Assembly: GCA_046259355.1 (NCBI GenBank)
Contig: JBJYWH010000298.1
Span: forward strand, 10,895-74,352
Length of the DNA: 63,458 nucleotides
Source of the DNA: Anaerolineales bacterium
Lineage (GTDB): Bacteria; Chloroflexota; Anaerolineae; Anaerolineales; E44-bin32
Direction of reading: 5' to 3'
Shown here piece after piece: positions 59,571 through 63,458 of this stretch. The position numbers and the translations under genes were made by a program. The notes beneath the pieces were generated by a model that was not told the origin of the DNA, made no database searches, and saw only the letters and a program-made list of their open reading frames with translations. Position 1 is the first letter of the stretch. Every line of letters begins with the position of its first letter.

Positions 59571-59576
59571 ATTATA
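59571..59576 (-). promoter_or_regulatory. -10 element TATAAT (minus strand) 6 nt upstream of ATG 59564; leaderless-type start
   Basis: The plus-strand sequence ATTATA at 59571-59576 is the reverse complement. This supports the internal start of the C39-like gene. Confidence 0.4.
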
Positions 59577-59687
59577 TCCACTCCCCACCGCGATTCCGGC
59601 CAACTTGCAGGGAAGCCGGTGCGTAAGATTCTGTTCATCTTTATGCCTATAATGAAGACAAACCCGATCAATTAAAAGGACTCCAGC

Positions 59688-61301
59688 ATGAAACGACCTT
59701 CCACACTTTTCAGTGCGGTTTTAGGAGCGGTTACCAGCCTGCCCGTGATGGCGATCGCTTATCTCGGCCAGACCGTACTCAATCTACCGTTCCCCCCGTT
59801 CGATATATTCGACTGGATAGCACGCGTGCTGCCTGGTGGATTGGTGACCTTCGGCATCGACAGCATGGTCGCGGTCATTCGCGGCCTGCGCCTGGGTCAG
59901 ATTTCCGATCTGGCGAAGACCGGCGAGCGGATGATGGCGATCGCCATCTTCATCGTGCTCAGCGCGTTCTTCGGCGCCCTGCTGGGATGGTTCGTTCGTC
60001 GAAGACACCGCCGATCGCTTTCGTGGAGCCTGGCATCCGGCCTGGCTGCGGCCCTTCTCATACTGATCGTGCGCGCGGCGCTCGAAAAGCCCGGAGCCGG
60101 CCTGGCCGCCAGCGGCCTCTGGTTGGGGGCGCTGATGCTCACCTGGGCATACAGCATGAACTATCTCCTGCAGGTTGGTCCGGGTGCGATGCAGCAGGAG
60201 CCCGAATCGCCGCTCACCCGGCGCCAGTTCCTGTACCTGGTCGGGGGCGGCGTGGTGACGATCGGGCTGGGGTCGCTGGCCGTGAGCCAGCTTGGCAGGG
60301 GCGCTTCGACCTCCGGCGGCGGGACGGAGACTCCGGTCACGCTGCCCGATTTGAGCAAGACCTCCGGCCCGGCCGCCTCGCCACCGGTCGAGATTCTGCA
60401 GGGGCGGCCGGCACCAGCTCCAGGGACACGCCCGGAGCTGACCGCGACCGATGATTTCTATCACGTCGATATCAACGCTGTGCCCCCGCGCGTGGACGCC
60501 GAGAACTGGAGCCTGCAGCTCGAAGGCCTGGTGGATAACCCTATGGAGCTGACGATCGACGACATCCGCTCCCGTCCGTCCTTCAGCCAGGTGATCACGC
60601 TGTCCTGCATCTCGAACCCGATCGGCGGCGACCTGATCAGCACCGCCGTATGGACCGGCATCCGCCTGAAGGACCTGCTGGCGGAAGCCGGGATCCAGGG
60701 CGGGGCGCAGGAGATCGCCATCCAGGCCGTCGATGGCTTTTATGAGAGTGTGCCGCTGGAAGAAGCGATGGACGACCGCACGCTGCTGGTGTACGAGATG
60801 AACGGCGAGCCGCTGCCGGTTGCCCACGGGTTCCCGCTGCGGATCTATATCCCGGATCATTACGGCATGAAGCAGCCGAAATGGATCGAGCGCATGGAAG
60901 TGATCGACCATCAGGGCGCCGGCTACTGGGTTGACCGCGGCTGGAGTGCCACCGCCATCGTCAATACCACCTCGGTGGTGGATACGGCCGACACCCGGGC
61001 CGTTGATTCCACCGACACCAGCCTGCCGATCGGCGGCATCGCCTATGCCGGAGCGCGCGGCATCAGCAAGGTGGAGGTCCAGATCGACGATGGAGATTGG
61101 ATCGCAACCGAACTCATCCGGCCGCCCCTCAGCCCGTTGAGCTGGGTGCTGTGGCGCTATGATTGGCCCTCGATGCCCGGGGAGCACATCGTGCGCGTGC
61201 GGGCCTACGATGGCAATGGCCAGCTGCAGGCGGTGGAATCGCGCGGCGTCCGCCCCGACGGCGCCACCGGAATCGATCAGTTCAACTTCAGCGTGAGTTA
61301 A
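59688..61301 (+). CDS. molybdopterin-dependent oxidoreductase (sulfite-oxidase fold) fused to an N-terminal polytopic membrane domain
   Basis: 537 aa. About 5-6 TM helices are followed by the Moco-binding region ITLSCISNPIGGDLISTAVWTGIRLKDLL, ..GFPLRIYIPDHYGMKQPKWI.. and an Ig-like dimerisation domain. TATAAT is at 59648-59653. Confidence 0.8.
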   Translation: MKRPSTLFSAVLGAVTSLPVMAIAYLGQTVLNLPFPPFDIFDWIARVLPGGLVTFGIDSMVAVIRGLRLGQISDLAKTGERMMAIAIFIVLSAFFGALLGWFVRRRHRRSLSWSLASGLAAALLILIVRAALEKPGAGLAASGLWLGALMLTWAYSMNYLLQVGPGAMQQEPESPLTRRQFLYLVGGGVVTIGLGSLAVSQLGRGASTSGGGTETPVTLPDLSKTSGPAASPPVEILQGRPAPAPGTRPELTATDDFYHVDINAVPPRVDAENWSLQLEGLVDNPMELTIDDIRSRPSFSQVITLSCISNPIGGDLISTAVWTGIRLKDLLAEAGIQGGAQEIAIQAVDGFYESVPLEEAMDDRTLLVYEMNGEPLPVAHGFPLRIYIPDHYGMKQPKWIERMEVIDHQGAGYWVDRGWSATAIVNTTSVVDTADTRAVDSTDTSLPIGGIAYAGARGISKVEVQIDDGDWIATELIRPPLSPLSWVLWRYDWPSMPGEHIVRVRAYDGNGQLQAVESRGVRPDGATGIDQFNFSVS

Positions 61302-61324
61302 CCATCAGGCGAAAACGATCTCCT

Positions 61325-61360
61325 GGAGGGGCGGGGCCATCCCGCCCCTCCGTTGTTTAT
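61325..61360 (+). terminator. intrinsic terminator
   Basis: A perfect 11-bp stem, GGAGGGGCGGG (61325-61335) pairing with CCCGCCCCTCC (61341-61351), has a 5-nt loop and is followed by GTTGTTTAT. Confidence 0.65.
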
Positions 61361-61656
61361 CCCCGGATTCCCACAAAGACTGCGCTTCATCCCCGATCAT
61401 CGTTCCCATCTTATTCCCCGCGCCTCATAAATGATCGAACGATGACCCGCTGCTTGCCTTCATACGGATTGAAACCGAATGCCGGCCCCATGATGGGGGT
61501 GCGGCGGCGCCGTGCCCTCGCGCGATCCGGCAAACTTGCGCGACCAGGGCAGTCCATCCTTCCGGCGCGCGCTGAAAATCGAATAGAATAGGGCCGGATT
61601 CACACGCACACGACCGGCCGTGATGCTGACGGCTGGCCTTCTGAAGGAATGACCCG

Positions 61657-62595
61657 ATGAAGAAAACGCTTCTCGTGCTCGCATTGGCGCTGCTGCTTAC
61701 CGCCTGCGCCTCCACTCCGGCCGAGACACCCCTCGTGCGGGTGGGGATGCTGCCCGTTCTGGACGGGCTGCCGATTTACGTCGCCCAGGCGGATGGCTAC
61801 TTCGCCGAAGAAGGGGTACAGGTCGAGATCATCCCGGTCGGCTCGGCGCCCGAGCGCGACCAGCTGATGCAGTCCGGGCAGATCGACGCCATGATCAACG
61901 AGATCGTCTCCGACATGCTCTACAACAAGGACGGCGTGCAGGTCGTGGCAGTGCGCTTCGCGCGCACGGCGACCGCCGAATCGCCCGTCTTCCGCATCGT
62001 CGCCTCCGCCCAGAGCGGCATCACCGACGTGGACGGGCTGCGCGGCGTGCCGATCGGTCTCTCGGAAGGCACCGTGATCGAGTACACCACCGACCGCATG
62101 CTGGAGAAAGCCGGCTTCGCCCCGGACGAGATCGTGGCGCTGGCCGTGCCGAAGATCGCCGACCGCATGAACCTGCTCGCTTCCGGCCAGCTCGATGCCG
62201 CCAACCTGCCCGACCCGGCCGCCTCGCTGGCCATCTTAAACGGCGGGGTGGATGTGATCGACGATACCAGCTGCCCCGAGATCAGCAACAGCGTCATCAC
62301 GTTTTCGAAGGCCTACATCGACGCGAATCCCGAAGCCGTGCGCGCCTTCCTGCGGGCGGTCGAGCGCGCCGTCGCGGCGATCAACACAACCCCCAATGGC
62401 TGGGATGATTTGCTGAGCGAGCAGAACCTGGTCCCGGCGCCGCTGCTGGGCGTCTACCGGCTGCCGTCCTACCCGGCCGCCTCTGTCCCGGACGAAGCGC
62501 AGTTCAACGACGCGCTCCAGTGGGCGCTCGACAAAGGGCTGCTCACCGACACGGCGCCCTACGCCGACACCGTCGACGGCTCCTACGTGCCGTAG
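61657..62595 (+). CDS. ABC transporter substrate-binding lipoprotein, NMT1/THI5-like (NitT/TauT family)
   Basis: 312 aa with lipobox LLTAC. It has the typical pattern VRVGMLPVLDGLPIYVA.., ..GVPIGLSEGTV. Confidence 0.8.
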   Translation: MKKTLLVLALALLLTACASTPAETPLVRVGMLPVLDGLPIYVAQADGYFAEEGVQVEIIPVGSAPERDQLMQSGQIDAMINEIVSDMLYNKDGVQVVAVRFARTATAESPVFRIVASAQSGITDVDGLRGVPIGLSEGTVIEYTTDRMLEKAGFAPDEIVALAVPKIADRMNLLASGQLDAANLPDPAASLAILNGGVDVIDDTSCPEISNSVITFSKAYIDANPEAVRAFLRAVERAVAAINTTPNGWDDLLSEQNLVPAPLLGVYRLPSYPAASVPDEAQFNDALQWALDKGLLTDTAPYADTVDGSYVP

Positions 62596-62617
62596 GCGCG
62601 GTGGCACAGGCCCGGGC

Positions 62618-63415
62618 ATGGAACCCGAGAAACAGATCGCCATGATCGCCATGCAGGGGGTCGAGTTCAGCTACCCCGGCGGCGAACCCGTCTTTGAGGG
62701 CTTCACCTGGCACGTGGACGCGGGCGAACCATGGGCCGTGCTCGGTCCATCGGGATGCGGCAAGAGCACGCTGCTCTACCTGCTGGCCGGGCTGCGGCGT
62801 CCGGCGGCCGGCCGGATCCTGATCGACGGTCTGCCCCTCGAGCGCCCGCGCCCGCGCACCGGGCTGATCCTGCAGGATTACGGCCTGCTGCCCTGGGCGA
62901 CGGTCGCCGAGAACGCCGCGCTCGGCTTGCGGCTGCGGCGTTTCTATGGGCCGGATGGACTGCATGCGCCGAGCGATGAACGCGTGCCGGATATTGCCGC
63001 ACGCGTCGATCCATGGCTCGAACGAATGGGGCTGTCCGGCGTGCGGAACAGCTACCCCTCCCAGATCTCGGGCGGGCAGCGGCAGCGGACGGCTATCGCC
63101 CGCACCCTGGCCCTCGAACCGGACTTATTGCTGATGGATGAACCTTTCGCCTCGCTCGATGTGCCCACTCGCGAGAGCCTGCAGGACCTGGTGCTCGGTC
63201 TGCAGGCTGAACGTGCGCTGACGGTAGTGCTCGTCACGCATGCCGTCGAGGAAGCGGCCCTGATCGGCCGCCGGGTGCTGGTGCTGCGCCAGCCGCCCAT
63301 TCGAGAGGCATGGATTTACGACAACCCGGGTGGAGGACAGGCCGGATTTCGCAGCACGCCGGAGTATCTCGAGACGATCACCGCCCTGCGGCGGGCGCTG
63401 GAGAACCGGGAATGA
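62618..63415 (+). CDS. ABC transporter ATP-binding protein (NitT/TauT family)
   Basis: 265 aa. Walker A is GPSGCGKST, the signature is ISGGQRQR and Walker B is LLLMDEPF. Confidence 0.9.
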   Translation: MEPEKQIAMIAMQGVEFSYPGGEPVFEGFTWHVDAGEPWAVLGPSGCGKSTLLYLLAGLRRPAAGRILIDGLPLERPRPRTGLILQDYGLLPWATVAENAALGLRLRRFYGPDGLHAPSDERVPDIAARVDPWLERMGLSGVRNSYPSQISGGQRQRTAIARTLALEPDLLLMDEPFASLDVPTRESLQDLVLGLQAERALTVVLVTHAVEEAALIGRRVLVLRQPPIREAWIYDNPGGGQAGFRSTPEYLETITALRRALENRE

Positions 63416-63458
63416 AGCGCAGCCGGGTGCTGATCGCGGCGCTGGCCCTGGGCGCGCT
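63412..63458 (+). CDS. probable ABC permease, first 15 codons (runs off window)
   Basis: The ATGA start overlaps the ATPase stop. MKRSRVLIAALALGA is a hydrophobic start. The function is inferred only from operon position. Confidence 0.35.
   Translation, partial: MKRSRVLIAALALGA

Noticed and set aside
61361-61656. TPP riboswitch upstream of the NMT1/THI5-like ABC operon
   Set aside because: GGGGGTGC and GCTGAAAA occur but about 80 nt apart and without the ACCUGA / pyrophosphate-helix elements. The order and spacing do not fit RF00059.
1-63458. CRISPR arrays, tRNA/rRNA genes, transposases, integrases, prophage genes, oriC/dif
   Set aside because: No regularly spaced direct repeats, no tRNA T-arm-like GGTTCGAATCC motifs in intergenic gaps, no recombinase-like ORFs and no DnaA-box clusters were seen by eye. 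Eye-scanning 63 kb is not exhaustive.

Overview
This is a 63.5-kb, densely coding, high-GC bacterial chromosomal segment. Hand-counted 60-nt lines are mostly 65-68% G+C. I support about 60 CDS on both strands and found no rRNA, tRNA, CRISPR array, integrase or transposase by eye. Housekeeping and repair genes include xpt-guaA, coaE, rsgA, a class B PBP, maf, slyD, rarA, hom, uvrC, a phosphohexomutase, a glycerate kinase-like gene and ferritin. Signalling genes include a vWA-FHA protein with a PP2C phosphatase, two histidine kinase/response regulator sets and a lone receiver. There are several GNAT acetyltransferases and transporters (MFS x2, CPA2/Kef, NitT/TauT-type ABC). The histidine phosphatase/DUF3090/SCO1664-like cassette, an LPXTG protein, zinc-ribbon xWL-repeat proteins and many leaderless starts suggest a Chloroflexota-like, less likely actinobacterial, host; this is inference only. 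The most interesting region is 40.4-53.7 kb. It holds a tightly packed minus-strand operon of uncharacterised membrane proteins, a zinc-ribbon acidic-repeat protein and a GlmL/MutL-like actin-fold ATPase. Divergent from it is a NurA / HAS-barrel-like / HerA operon whose promoter carries a GAAC-N4-GTTC (LexA/Cheo-type) palindrome. Other notable items: a self-contained promoter-SD-30-codon-ORF-terminator unit upstream of a two-domain GNAT gene, a ~2-kb low-GC island carrying an MFS gene, imperfect repeats flanking an orphan hexulose-phosphate-synthase-like gene, an orphan DNA-repair-type radical SAM gene, and an XPB-N-terminal-like protein with no helicase partner. All family calls come from reading motifs in the supplied translations; no database search was run.
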